Source of the DNA: an archaeon
GTDB taxonomy: Archaea > Undinarchaeota > CAZHTU01 > JBDRCC01
Direction of reading: 5' to 3'
DNA: 64,000 nucleotides
Assembly (NCBI GenBank): GCA_043822065.1
Contig: JBDRCC010000007.1
Span: forward strand, 79,373 to 143,372
Made by a program: the position numbers and the translations under genes. Below the pieces are notes generated by a model that did not search any database, was not told where the DNA came from, and was given only the letters and a program-made list of their open reading frames with translations. Below are positions 37,312 through 46,940 of this stretch, one piece after another. Numbering within the stretch: position 1 is the stretch's first letter; each line of letters begins with the position of its first letter.

Positions 37312-40200
37312 ATGGCAGACTTCCAAAAGATAGAAAAGAAGTGGCAAAAGCGCTGGAAGGAGTCAAAAATTTTTGAGGGGCAGCCCGACCCATCGCGAAA
37401 AAAGTTTTTCATAACTGTCCCTTACCCCTACGTCAGCGGCCCCTACCACATCGGGCACGGGCGGTCATACATAATCGGCGACGTTTTCGCCAGGTACAAG
37501 CGGCTGAAGGGGTACAACGTCCTTTTCCCTATGGCGTATCACGTCACCGGCACGCCAGTCCTTGCGGTTTCACAGGGCATAAAGTCGTCAGACCCGAAAT
37601 TTGTCAGCCAGATGAGGGAGTACATCGCAATCCACACCCAGAACCCGCAGGAGGTTGAAAAGATACTGAACTCGTTTACCGACCCATGGAGCGTCTACGA
37701 ATACTTCTCAAACACAATGCGCGTCGACTTTGAGAGCATCGGGATGGGCGTCGACTGGAGGCGCGACTTTACCACAGGGGACAAGATATACAACCAGTTC
37801 ATCTGGTGGCAGTACTTCAAGTTCAAGGAGAAGGGCTACCTCGTCAAGGGGAGCTACCCGATTCTCTACAGTATAGCTGACCAGAACGCAGTCGGTGAGG
37901 ACGACATAAAGGATGGGGACATCGACAAGGTCTCAATCAGCGAGTTCAGCCTCCTCAAGTTTAAGTTTGACGGCGCCTACATTGTTGCCGCAACCCTGCG
38001 CCCAGAAACGGTTTTCGGCCAGACAAACATGTGGGTCCACCCTGACGTTGAATACGTCAAGGCACAGTTCGGCAAAGAGGCGTGGGTGCTCAGCCAGCCC
38101 TGTTTTGACAAGCTGAAGTACCAGGGAAAAGAAGGCAAAATTACAGGAAAAATAAGGGGCAGCGAGATGCTTGGCAGATACTGCCACGCGCCAGGCGTTG
38201 AGCGGGACATAATAATCCTCCCTTCTTACCACTGTGACCCGGATGTCGGCACCGGGCTCGTCACATCCGTCCCATCCGATGCGCCATTCGACTGGATGGG
38301 CCTGCATGACTTGCAGAAGGACAGAAAGCTTGCTGAGAAATTCGGATTGAGCTATGAAAAAATCAAGGCGATAAAGCCAATCCCGATAATCAAGTCCAAA
38401 GGATATGGTGACCTTCCAGGGGTGGAGATATGCGAAAAGATGAAGATACGCTCCCAGGCGGAGTTTGAAAAGCTGACCGAGGCGACCAACGAGATATACA
38501 AGCTCGGCTTCCACACTGGGGTTATGATGGATGCCTGCGGCGAATATGCAGGCATGTCGGTCCAGGAGGCAAAGGACAAGGTCAAGGCAGACCTTGAGTC
38601 AAAGGGCCTTGCTGACACCATGTATGAAGCTTCCAGGAAAGCAGAGACGAGGGGCGGCGGGAAGGTCATCGTGGCGAAGCTGGACGACCAGTGGTTCCTT
38701 GACTACAAGGCAGGGAGCTGGAAAAAGCTGGCATCAGACTGCCTCAAGCAGATGGTTATATACCCTGAAAAATACCGCGGGCTTTTCGAAGTCACGTTTG
38801 ACTGGCTTGACAAGAGGCCTTGCGCAAGAAAGCGCGGTCTTGGGACGCAACTGCCGTTCGACACCCACTGGGTGATTGAGTCTCTAAGCGACTCGACGAT
38901 TTACATGGCGTTTTACACAATCGCAGGTATAATAAAACAGAACAAAATCCGGCCAGAGTGCCTGATACCTGAAGTATTCGATTTCGTCTTCCTTTCGAAG
39001 GGCAGCCTTGCTGACGTTTCAAAGCGCAGTAAAATAGGCGAGACGGTCTTGCAGGCGATGCATGCCGAATTCAATTACTGGTACCCGATGGACCTGAGGC
39101 ATACTGCGATAATGCACATAAACAACCACCTCAGCTTCTCCATCTTCCACCATGCCGCAATATTCCCTGCGAAGCTCTGGCCCAAGGCGTTTACCCTTAT
39201 AGAGCCGGTTATAGCCGAAGGAAAGAAAATCGGCAAGTCCAAGGGCAATGTCATCCCCCTTGCTGTGGTCAGCAGAAAATATGGCGCCGACCTATTTAGG
39301 CTTTACATGATAAACAACGCCGAGTTTGGGACCACGGTCGACTGGAGGGAGCCCGAGGTAATCGCAACCAAGAAACAGCTTGAAAAGTTCTACTCGTTTG
39401 TCCTGGATGCGGTCGAGCTTTCAAAAAAAGCAAAGAAATCTGAATCCGTACACGCAAAGGCAGCGCTGTCCTTCTTCAACCGTCAGCTGAGGGAGATTGA
39501 GTCCCACCTTGACGGATACAACCTGCGGAAGTACACGCAGTCCGCTTTCTACTCGCTGTTCAACTACATGCAGTCCATGCAAAAGCTCCTGACCGAAGCG
39601 GAGCAGGGCTATGTCTTTAAGGAGATACTGCCTAAATGGGTGGTTGTCCTTTCCCCGGTTATGCCCCACTTTGCGGAGGAGGCATGGGAGCTCCTCGGCA
39701 ACAAGCCCTTCGCGTCCCTCTCCGCATGGCCGGTTGCGGACGGCAAGCTCATAGACGAAGGCGCTGAAATCGCAAGCCAGACTATCACGAATACCCTATC
39801 CGATACTGAGATTGTCATGAAACTGGCTAAAATCGAAAAGCCGTCCAAGATAAGCCTTTTCGTTGCCCATGACTGGAAGTTTAGGCTCTTTTCCAGCATC
39901 AAGGCGGCGATGGAGAATACAAGGAACCCAAAGGACATACTCGACCTGCTGATGAAAGACACAGAGCTAAAGAAGCACTCGAAAGACATGCCAAAAATAG
40001 TCTTCTCCGTACTCAAGGACCCATCAAAGATACCGCCTATAATCCTTGACCAGAAGGCAGAGCTCAAGGCAGTAGAGTCGTCAGTCGCGCTTCTCAAGGA
40101 AAAGTATGGCTGCCAGGCATCAGTTCAGCTTGCTGAAAAATCGTCCGAGCCAAAGGCAAACTCAGCCCTTCCAGGCAAGCCTGCGATACTGGTTGCCTAA
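37312..40200 (+). CDS. leuS: Leucine--tRNA ligase (archaeal type)
   Basis: PYPYVSGPYHIGH, ATLRPETVFGQTN, GTGLVTSVPSDAPFD, IESLSDSTIYMAFY, KIGKSKGN. Confidence 0.97.
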   Translation: MADFQKIEKKWQKRWKESKIFEGQPDPSRKKFFITVPYPYVSGPYHIGHGRSYIIGDVFARYKRLKGYNVLFPMAYHVTGTPVLAVSQGIKSSDPKFVSQMREYIAIHTQNPQEVEKILNSFTDPWSVYEYFSNTMRVDFESIGMGVDWRRDFTTGDKIYNQFIWWQYFKFKEKGYLVKGSYPILYSIADQNAVGEDDIKDGDIDKVSISEFSLLKFKFDGAYIVAATLRPETVFGQTNMWVHPDVEYVKAQFGKEAWVLSQPCFDKLKYQGKEGKITGKIRGSEMLGRYCHAPGVERDIIILPSYHCDPDVGTGLVTSVPSDAPFDWMGLHDLQKDRKLAEKFGLSYEKIKAIKPIPIIKSKGYGDLPGVEICEKMKIRSQAEFEKLTEATNEIYKLGFHTGVMMDACGEYAGMSVQEAKDKVKADLESKGLADTMYEASRKAETRGGGKVIVAKLDDQWFLDYKAGSWKKLASDCLKQMVIYPEKYRGLFEVTFDWLDKRPCARKRGLGTQLPFDTHWVIESLSDSTIYMAFYTIAGIIKQNKIRPECLIPEVFDFVFLSKGSLADVSKRSKIGETVLQAMHAEFNYWYPMDLRHTAIMHINNHLSFSIFHHAAIFPAKLWPKAFTLIEPVIAEGKKIGKSKGNVIPLAVVSRKYGADLFRLYMINNAEFGTTVDWREPEVIATKKQLEKFYSFVLDAVELSKKAKKSESVHAKAALSFFNRQLREIESHLDGYNLRKYTQSAFYSLFNYMQSMQKLLTEAEQGYVFKEILPKWVVVLSPVMPHFAEEAWELLGNKPFASLSAWPVADGKLIDEGAEIASQTITNTLSDTEIVMKLAKIEKPSKISLFVAHDWKFRLFSSIKAAMENTRNPKDILDLLMKDTELKKHSKDMPKIVFSVLKDPSKIPPIILDQKAELKAVESSVALLKEKYGCQASVQLAEKSSEPKANSALPGKPAILVA

Positions 40201-40553
40201 AAGGCAGATAGGAGCGCTTCGTCCTCTTGCTTAAGCCGGAGTTCACTTACCGAGACAATTTCACCCTCTGTCTTCAGGTTTCTAGCCTTCAGCGCGGCGA
40301 AGACTACAGAGTAAACGAGCTTATTGTCCGGGAATACCAGCGAATACGCACGGGCACCGTCTCCGTGCATTAAGAATATGGCGCCTTTTCGTCCCCTGGT
40401 AGAGATGTCAAGCCTTGGCGGCCTCTGCTGGCTGAGCTGGCTGCTTATCCCATGCATATCTAGCTCAGCCCGCAGGTTAATCGCCTGGAATAGCTCTGCC
40501 ATTGACGGGTAATTAAGGTGGGTGTTGAAGCTCAGTTTTATAGCTAATGGCAT
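40197..40553 (-). CDS. Hypothetical protein
   Basis: 118-aa ORF convergent with leuS. Confidence 0.6.
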   Translation of the reverse strand: MPLAIKLSFNTHLNYPSMAELFQAINLRAELDMHGISSQLSQQRPPRLDISTRGRKGAIFLMHGDGARAYSLVFPDNKLVYSVVFAALKARNLKTEGEIVSVSELRLKQEDEALLSAF

Positions 40554-40592
40554 AATGGTGTTATGGCGCAGGTGCTTTTAAACCTTGACATC

Positions 40593-40958
40593 TCATTCCT
40601 GTATGGTGTCAGGTCCCTTGAACTTTGTAACTTTGTCTGCCTCAATTAGTGGGTCGCAGACGCATTCTGCGTCGCAGGGGAAGACAATGTAATCTCCATA
40701 CACGGCCACATTGTAGCCCCGGAATTTTTCCAGGGATTTTCCCTCAACCCGCACACTAGTCCCCCGTATGTAGTAATCCCCTAGGCAGCCGAGGAGCCTT
40801 CCGTCAAACTTGCCCTGTATTAGGGTTCCCACGGTCTGGACTTTTGGGATTTCGCTGCTGGCGTTCTGCTGGAGATAAACTGGATCGTAATACTTGTAGT
40901 CCTTAACCGACACGCATCCAGCGGCAATAAGCACTATTACAAGCAGAGCCCACTTCAT
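40593..40958 (-). CDS. Putative lipoprotein
   Basis: MKWALLVIVLIAAGC lipobox-like start; four further Cys. Confidence 0.7.
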   Translation of the reverse strand: MKWALLVIVLIAAGCVSVKDYKYYDPVYLQQNASSEIPKVQTVGTLIQGKFDGRLLGCLGDYYIRGTSVRVEGKSLEKFRGYNVAVYGDYIVFPCDAECVCDPLIEADKVTKFKGPDTIQE

Positions 40959-40988
40959 AGAATCCCAGAAAACCCCAGGCAATATAAA

Positions 40989-41528
40989 CTATTCGGTTAC
41001 GACAAGCGTTCCCTTTTCGGAATGCCCAAACTCATTGCAATAGTATGTGAATGTCCCTGCATTGTCCGCCTTGAACTCGACCACGGTCATGTCCATCCTG
41101 TCCTTCCCCGCCGGCACCTGGACATAGACGCCGTATTCGTCAAGTGCGAAGCTGTGGGCTGTGTTGTAGTCGCCGCTCGCTATCTTCAGGCGTACGATAT
41201 CCCCCATTGAGACGCGTATCCGGTCTGGGGTGAACCTGAACTTCCTGATAAGCAGAAGGGTTTCACCGGCGGAGGCGGCTTCGTCTGGCTCGTTGCCAGA
41301 AGCAAGCACCACGAAAGGCGCCGGCTGGGATGCCCCGAACTCAGACTCAATCTCCGCGAATGTCTTTTTGTCTTCCACCTGTGCCGATGGCTGGTCTGAT
41401 GCCTTTAGCTCTACGCCAGAGCCAAATCCGTCAACAGTTGGAAAAGCGCCAAAATCAAAGCCCTTGACGTAGCCCCCAAAAAGGACTAAAAGACCCACCG
41501 TCATGAGCACCCACCATGCCTGTTTCAT
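40989..41528 (-). CDS. Membrane-anchored cupredoxin-domain protein
   Basis: FRFTPDRIRVSMGDIVRL, AHSFAL, FKADNAGTFTYYCNEFGH..KGTLVV. Confidence 0.85.
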   Translation of the reverse strand: MKQAWWVLMTVGLLVLFGGYVKGFDFGAFPTVDGFGSGVELKASDQPSAQVEDKKTFAEIESEFGASQPAPFVVLASGNEPDEAASAGETLLLIRKFRFTPDRIRVSMGDIVRLKIASGDYNTAHSFALDEYGVYVQVPAGKDRMDMTVVEFKADNAGTFTYYCNEFGHSEKGTLVVTE

Positions 41529-41571
41529 AATTCTCTATTGCCCGGATGTTCTTTATAAACCTTGCGTTTGC

Positions 41572-42159
41572 TTATCTGCCTTTCCCTCGGCTCTCTTCGT
41601 ATATCCTCAATAACTCTGATACCACATTCTCAGGAGGCGTTAACTTCTCCTTGTTTTTCTCCAGCTCTTCCACATAATTAGCAACTGCTACCATCCAATC
41701 CCTGACACCACGCAGGGCGAAATCAAGCATATCCTCATTGAACTTCACACTAATTATTCCCGCATTTATCTTACTGGAAACATCTCTCATCTTTTTGATA
41801 TTGTCGTACCTCAATACATCTGTTGTCTCCACTTTTGAATCTACACCGTACATATAAATCTGCGCAAAAAACAATTCGATTAGATTTGCATAGCTCTTGA
41901 AGATGAAAAGCGCCTTGTAGTAGGGTGTCAAATCATCAGTCCATGGCTTCCATTCTGTCTGGAACTGATTTTGGAGCTGAAGTAAAATTGGAATTTCCTC
42001 AATTGTCATTATTTCTTTAATAAAATCGTGGACTGTTTCCATAGAGGAACGGATATTTTCGCCGACCGCCACAATGTCTGAAGTACTGCGCTTTTTTTTC
42101 TTCCAATGCCCCACCATACTCGAAGCATAAGCCTCAAGTAGGTCAGATGTCTTAGCCAT
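41572..42159 (-). CDS. Hypothetical protein, AT-rich
   Basis: 195-aa ORF directly downstream of tRNA-Ala. Confidence 0.7.
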   Translation of the reverse strand: MAKTSDLLEAYASSMVGHWKKKKRSTSDIVAVGENIRSSMETVHDFIKEIMTIEEIPILLQLQNQFQTEWKPWTDDLTPYYKALFIFKSYANLIELFFAQIYMYGVDSKVETTDVLRYDNIKKMRDVSSKINAGIISVKFNEDMLDFALRGVRDWMVAVANYVEELEKNKEKLTPPENVVSELLRIYEESRGKGR

Positions 42160-42243
42160 GCTTTATTATTCTCTCTTTTAGTTTATAATCCTTTAGGTTC
42201 AGTATAGTTTTTTGCATCAGCTTTTTTAGAAAAAAAGCTGAAG

Positions 42244-42317
42244 TGGACCCGTCGGGATTTGAACCCGAGGCCTCCTGCTTGCAAAGCAGGCGCGCTACCA
42301 GTCTGCGCCACGGGCCC
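42244..42317 (-). tRNA. tRNA-Ala(TGC)
   Basis: Reverse complement GGGCCCG/CGGGTCC-A with G3:U70, anticodon arm CCTGC-TTTGCAA-GCAGG. Confidence 0.95.
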
Positions 42318-42350
42318 ATCAAGCAGACTAAGCAGAAGTCGATACGAGTG

Positions 42351-42707
42351 TTACTTCTTTGCTTCTTTCTTTTCCGGCTCTTTCTTGGCGGGCTCCTTCT
42401 TCGCTGCGTCCGCGCCTGCCGGCTTGGCCTCGCCCGGCTTGGCTTCTGCTGCACCTTCCGCCGGCGCTGCGCCCGGAGCTGCCCCTGCTGCCGCGGCCTT
42501 TGCCGCTGCCTCGGCTGCCTTCTTGACCGCCTCTTCAGCCTTCTTGCTAGCGTTTGCCTTGAGCTGAGCTTCGTGCTCGCGCCTTATTTTGTCGAGCTGA
42601 TCCTTTGAGAAGACCTTGTGTGCGTAAGGGTTGCACCTCTTGCAGAGGCTAAGCCTGTTAACAAGCTTTTCCGCCCCGCAACATATGCATCGCTCTTTGG
42701 TCTTCAT
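42351..42707 (-). CDS. Small zinc-finger protein with A/K/E/P tail
   Basis: MKTKERCICCG..CKRC then AAKAAAAGAAPGAAPAEG..KKEPAKKEPEKKEAKK; start placed at 42707. Confidence 0.75.
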   Translation of the reverse strand: MKTKERCICCGAEKLVNRLSLCKRCNPYAHKVFSKDQLDKIRREHEAQLKANASKKAEEAVKKAAEAAAKAAAAGAAPGAAPAEGAAEAKPGEAKPAGADAAKKEPAKKEPEKKEAKK

Positions 42708-42741
42708 AAGGTACTCAATATACTCAATTAACCTTATATAT

Positions 42742-43797
42742 ATGTTTCCATTACCAAACGGTATGCGGTCGAATATGTGGCAGCTCGACTTGTCCAATAA
42801 AATTTCTGGGCGGACTTGGTGGTGGTGGTTCTGGATACTCTTCATCCACAACAAGCGCCAGCCTTCACGGCCTGACCAGCTTATGGTTCTGTGGTCCACC
42901 CGCGATGTTGACAGCATAAAAGTCAACGACATGCCCATCACAATAGACCGGTCAGCCCAGACTCCCTCCAAATTCCACGGTGCGGTCGCCGCCTGGAACT
43001 GCATGGGCGGAAAAATGGCTAACGATTTTATTCTGGAGGAGTGCGATTTGGAAATCCGGGGCAAAGCACTTTCCTGCAGCACAAAAAATGACTACTCTTT
43101 CGCAGAAACCAAGAACGGCTTTTCCGCTAACCTAGCAAAAACCGGGCTGCCGCACTCGTTCAGCATGGAGTACGAGCCGGGCCTTCCGCTGGTTGAAAGC
43201 AGCTATTACCCCATAGGAAAATACGGCTTTGACATACACGCGGTCGAGCGCATGAAGCTGTCTGGAAAGCGTGCCGGGAAAAAAATAAGCGGAACCGCAT
43301 ACTTTCAGAGGGTTACAGTAAATGCCCCCGCAATACCCTGGTACTGGGGGGTAAACCACTTTGAAAACGGAAGCGTCCTGCTTTACAACTCGCCGCATAT
43401 GGGCGTTGACCTCATGGCTTCAATCCAAAAGAAGTTCCACCCGCTCCGGCACGGCATACTTGCGCTTCCCGGGCATGTCAGCCTCTTTGACCCAGATTCC
43501 AAGAGCTGGTCCAAGTACGGCAACGTAAAGGTCGCATACTCCAAAAACGGCATGGGCCTCCCTGTCTGGGAGGTGTATGCCAACCGCAGAGGAAATCGCA
43601 TCCGCTTTACTGTTGACAGCTATGCGCATGCATACTGGAAATTCCAGCTTCCGCAGACCTTTGGCGGCCTTTTCTACTATAACGAGTATCCGGTGGAGGT
43701 GGCTGACTTTAAGCTAACTGGCGAGAAAGAGTTGTCACTCTCAGATCTTGGGTATGGGTACGGCAATTCGGAGCACTCTGTCGGGCTCTTATTATAG
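42742..43797 (+). CDS. Aromatic-rich beta protein, possibly tocopherol cyclase / CrtC / lipocalin-like
   Basis: TWWWWFW, SGTAYFQRV..IPWYWG..HFENGS, YYNEYP; start codon uncertain (42742-42775). Confidence 0.55.
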   Translation: MFPLPNGMRSNMWQLDLSNKISGRTWWWWFWILFIHNKRQPSRPDQLMVLWSTRDVDSIKVNDMPITIDRSAQTPSKFHGAVAAWNCMGGKMANDFILEECDLEIRGKALSCSTKNDYSFAETKNGFSANLAKTGLPHSFSMEYEPGLPLVESSYYPIGKYGFDIHAVERMKLSGKRAGKKISGTAYFQRVTVNAPAIPWYWGVNHFENGSVLLYNSPHMGVDLMASIQKKFHPLRHGILALPGHVSLFDPDSKSWSKYGNVKVAYSKNGMGLPVWEVYANRRGNRIRFTVDSYAHAYWKFQLPQTFGGLFYYNEYPVEVADFKLTGEKELSLSDLGYGYGNSEHSVGLLL

Positions 43798-45762
43798 CTA
43801 AAGCTTGAGGAGCCTGTCTTCCAGTATCTCTCTCAAATATCGCAAAACTTCGCCCTCAGCCAGTATATACTCCTCGCCTATCGTGTTCTGGCATATTTTC
43901 AAGCCCTCGGTGACAAACTCTTTGAAAATCGGCTCCATACCATCGCCTATGTAGCCCAGGAGGTCCGCCCTTATCAGCCACATCGCAAGTATAATCTTCT
44001 GGACGCGTACGTCGGTCGCCATGAACGCTGCGCGGAAGAACTCTTTCCATTTTTTCTTCCGTAGGGTGGATAGGATGGTTTTCATCCGCTCAAAGCCTAT
44101 TATATCCTCGACAGCCAGGAAGCATGTCTTGTCCAGGTTTTTTGCGTGTGTTGGGGAGAACCGCTTCTCGTTGTCCTCCATGAGCTTTTTGTACACATAG
44201 TACGAGCAGTAAATGTCGTAGAGCCTGTACCTCTTTTTCACCCACTCGAACTTATCTCTGTCGTCTCTGAGCAGGCGCGCTATAGCCTGTGAGGCGGCAT
44301 CGCCTTTCTTAGCGTGGGCGTGCATGCTCCTGGCAAAGAGGCTGTAGGTCTTGCCAAGGAACCGGATGTAGAATGCGAGCTTGTCCTTTTCCTCGTCGCT
44401 CCTCCCCTTTATGCGGCTTATTATCTCGCGCAGGACCTCCTCATTTTCCACCATTACTTCCCACCTCTCGGCATGCTTCCGTTGCCTGAAGAGGCATAGT
44501 CCAATGTCATCAAGCACCCGCGCCGTTATCTCGAGCTTTTTGAGCTTTGTCTTGAAGCCTATCTTGCTGAGCTTTTTTCTCGCTTCGCTGAGTATTGCCA
44601 TCGCGCCGCCGAAGTCATCCGCCTTTATGCGTGCGCTCGCGTCATTCAGCTGGAGCTCAAGGGATGTCAGGTCGGTGATTGGGCGTATCTCCAGGTCGGC
44701 TGGCGCCTCGGCTTCCTCCTCCTCTGAAGGCTCCTTCCACTTAAAGCCTGGGAAGTACTCAGGCGCCGCGCTTGTGCCCTGCTCTATGTACTCCATCCAG
44801 TTTTCTCCTTCCTCTGCTGCAGCGGTGTGCTTTGTCTCCTTTACAGTCCGGGAAATCTCCTCTGCCTTGGAGAAGTCTTCTATCGCCATCTTCAGCAGCT
44901 CCGCCCGGCCTCTGCCGCCTTTCGCCCTTGCCTCATAATCCCAGAGGTCCTCCCTCGCCTTACCCGCGCAGTAGTAGGCGCACACCGCGGCGCTCTTTAT
45001 CTGAGCATCATCCAGCGTCTCCCTGACCGCGATGCTTTCCTCCATAGCCTGTATGAACTTCTTGGTCTCGTCAAAAATCCTGCCTGCGGTCTCGTACCGC
45101 CTCGTTATCTCCTCCGACTTCTTCTCCATCCTGAATTTTGAGAGGTAGCTGTAAGCCCTGCCGAGGTTAAGCCCGACGAAGAACATGTAGACCGACTTCG
45201 GGTCCTCCGGCACCACGACTGGGGCAAGCGTACCCTCAGACAGCGGCTTTTGGTCGAAAAGGAACTTTGCTGCCTCCACAAAGCTGTCCCTTGCCCGAAG
45301 GTAGCTCTCCTCCGCCTGCTTGTAGAGGCCCCGCGACTCTTTCGCCCTGCCATCCCTGATGTAGAATTTCCCTAAGCCGTAATGGAGCTGGAGGATGTAT
45401 GCTGCGCGGATGCTGTAAATCCCCTTGTCCCGCTCTGTCAGGTACTTGAGGCGCTCCCCCATTTTTACGTACTTGTCAAAAATCTTGCTGTCCGAGGTGG
45501 TTATGGCGGCGTCCTCAAACTCAAAGTCGGCTATGAACTTTACAAGAACCTTCGCAAATTCAGGCATGTAGACCAGCGTCAGGTACTTCTCCCATGCCGC
45601 CCCGCCCCTTTGCCCGCTTGCGATGCAATGGAGGAGCGGCTGCAGCTGGTATTCTGCTTGTAAAACTCCAGGCAGTTCCCTCGGCTGCTTCACATTGTGC
45701 ATGTCCGACAAGCGCTCGATTATCCTGCTTATCTCTGCGCTGGACCTGTTCTCATCAAGCAT
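43798..45762 (-). CDS. Large helical-repeat (TPR-like) protein
   Basis: LHYGLGKFY, LNLGRAYSYL, YYCAGKARE, LDDIGLCLFR, FLGKTYSL helix pairs. Confidence 0.7.
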   Translation of the reverse strand: MLDENRSSAEISRIIERLSDMHNVKQPRELPGVLQAEYQLQPLLHCIASGQRGGAAWEKYLTLVYMPEFAKVLVKFIADFEFEDAAITTSDSKIFDKYVKMGERLKYLTERDKGIYSIRAAYILQLHYGLGKFYIRDGRAKESRGLYKQAEESYLRARDSFVEAAKFLFDQKPLSEGTLAPVVVPEDPKSVYMFFVGLNLGRAYSYLSKFRMEKKSEEITRRYETAGRIFDETKKFIQAMEESIAVRETLDDAQIKSAAVCAYYCAGKAREDLWDYEARAKGGRGRAELLKMAIEDFSKAEEISRTVKETKHTAAAEEGENWMEYIEQGTSAAPEYFPGFKWKEPSEEEEAEAPADLEIRPITDLTSLELQLNDASARIKADDFGGAMAILSEARKKLSKIGFKTKLKKLEITARVLDDIGLCLFRQRKHAERWEVMVENEEVLREIISRIKGRSDEEKDKLAFYIRFLGKTYSLFARSMHAHAKKGDAASQAIARLLRDDRDKFEWVKKRYRLYDIYCSYYVYKKLMEDNEKRFSPTHAKNLDKTCFLAVEDIIGFERMKTILSTLRKKKWKEFFRAAFMATDVRVQKIILAMWLIRADLLGYIGDGMEPIFKEFVTEGLKICQNTIGEEYILAEGEVLRYLREILEDRLLKL

Positions 45763-45809
45763 GCGTAGAATAGCGCGCTCTTAGTATAAATAGTTTAAAG
45801 AAAGAAGGA

Positions 45810-45883
45810 TGGGCCCAACGGGAATTGAACCCGCGACCTACCGGTTAAGAGCCGGTCGCTCTACCAGCCTGAGCTATGGACCC
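45810..45883 (-). tRNA. tRNA-Lys(CTT)
   Basis: Reverse complement GGGTCCA/TGGGCCC-A, GCTC/GAGC D-stem, ACCGG-CTCTTAA-CCGGT. Confidence 0.93.
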
Positions 45884-45927
45884 ATAAGTGGAATTCAGTA
45901 TACTGAACTAAGTTTATAACTTTTCTC

Positions 45928-46422
45928 TTATTTCTTTTTTGCAGCCTGAGGCTTCTTTTGGGAGATTTTGCCGCCGGCTACGAGGGACGGGTTGGCTTTG
46001 GCTATCCTTTCAAGGGTTTGGTCGTCAAGCTGCGGGCTGAACTCGTTGCTCGCCGGAACCTGCCCAAGCAGGAACCCGCTCGGGTTTGTCTCGGCAAGCG
46101 CCCTGAGCAAATCAGGGTACGGCTTCCTCGGCGGCTCCTTCGGCACAATTTTGCCCTCCTTTACCCTCTGAACATACTCCTTGTCCGCACTAAGCATTTC
46201 TGCCCTTACTTTGGATATTTTGTCGGCAAGCTCGAATGGCGCCTTTGTAGCCTTTATGGCGTCCAAAAATGACGCAACAAAGCTGATAAGGGACCAGAAT
46301 GAAAGCGCGAAAATGGCAAAAACAAGCGCAGACTGCCATATGGGCAGAAGAAGATATGCATAAGTCGCGTAGGCGGCTAAGACCGCCAATATTATGCTAG
46401 TTGCTATTGATAGTACTCTCAT
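45928..46422 (-). CDS. Hypothetical membrane protein
   Basis: Two N-terminal TM helices; start overlaps rpl37e stop. Confidence 0.7.
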   Translation of the reverse strand: MRVLSIATSIILAVLAAYATYAYLLLPIWQSALVFAIFALSFWSLISFVASFLDAIKATKAPFELADKISKVRAEMLSADKEYVQRVKEGKIVPKEPPRKPYPDLLRALAETNPSGFLLGQVPASNEFSPQLDDQTLERIAKANPSLVAGGKISQKKPQAAKKK

Positions 46423-46607
46423 TAAACGAGTCTGACCTTGTTAAGGTCCTTGTTCTGCCAATCATAGTTTCTGAGCTTTTTGCTCCTTCCGTAGCCGCAA
46501 GCCGCGCAGATGCTCTTCTTTTTGTGGTATGCGTGCCTGCCGCACCGCCTGCAGACTATGTGCAAACTGTTCTGCCGCTTTCCGAACGATGGAGTTCCTT
46601 TGCCCAT
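46422..46607 (-). CDS. rpl37e: 50S ribosomal protein L37e
   Basis: [31 protein letters not shown]. Confidence 0.98.
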   Translation of the reverse strand: MGKGTPSFGKRQNSLHIVCRRCGRHAYHKKKSICAACGYGRSKKLRNYDWQNKDLNKVRLV

Positions 46608-46834
46608 TATTGCACCGTTTCGGGCGAGATGTAAACTACAGTGTCGCCCCTCAGCAGGACCCTGCCGAGCTTTATATGCCCGCCGTTGCTCATGTCTTCG
46701 GCGTCGTCAAGCACGAGGTTCATGTGGATGTCAAAGGCTTTTAACTTGCCCCTGAAGTCCTTATTGTCCTTGAGCCGGACTAGTACATTGCTCTCAATCG
46801 CCGTCTTCAAAAAATCAAAAGGTCGGTCGGACAT
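46607..46834 (-). CDS. Sm-like archaeal protein (SmAP1/LSm)
   Basis: [32 protein letters not shown]; upstream of rpl37e. Confidence 0.96.
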   Translation of the reverse strand: MSDRPFDFLKTAIESNVLVRLKDNKDFRGKLKAFDIHMNLVLDDAEDMSNGGHIKLGRVLLRGDTVVYISPETVQ

Positions 46835-46940
46835 GGTGGTATAGATTATCCGAGTTGGTATTTAAAGGTTTTGCAATCCAGAAAATCCCCGGGCACAAAT
46901 CAAAAACCATTTAAACGTGCCGCCCTAATTCTATCGCACA

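Noticed and set aside
39220-39250. LeuRS KIGKS instead of KMSKS as a sign of inactivation
   Set aside because: The catalytic second Lys, HIGH motif and editing domain are intact; variation at this motif is tolerated.
42708-43082. 243-aa version of the minus-strand ORF 42351..43082
   Set aside because: The extension is antisense to the 42742..43797 gene and crosses an AT-rich divergent promoter; the start at 42707 is more plausible.
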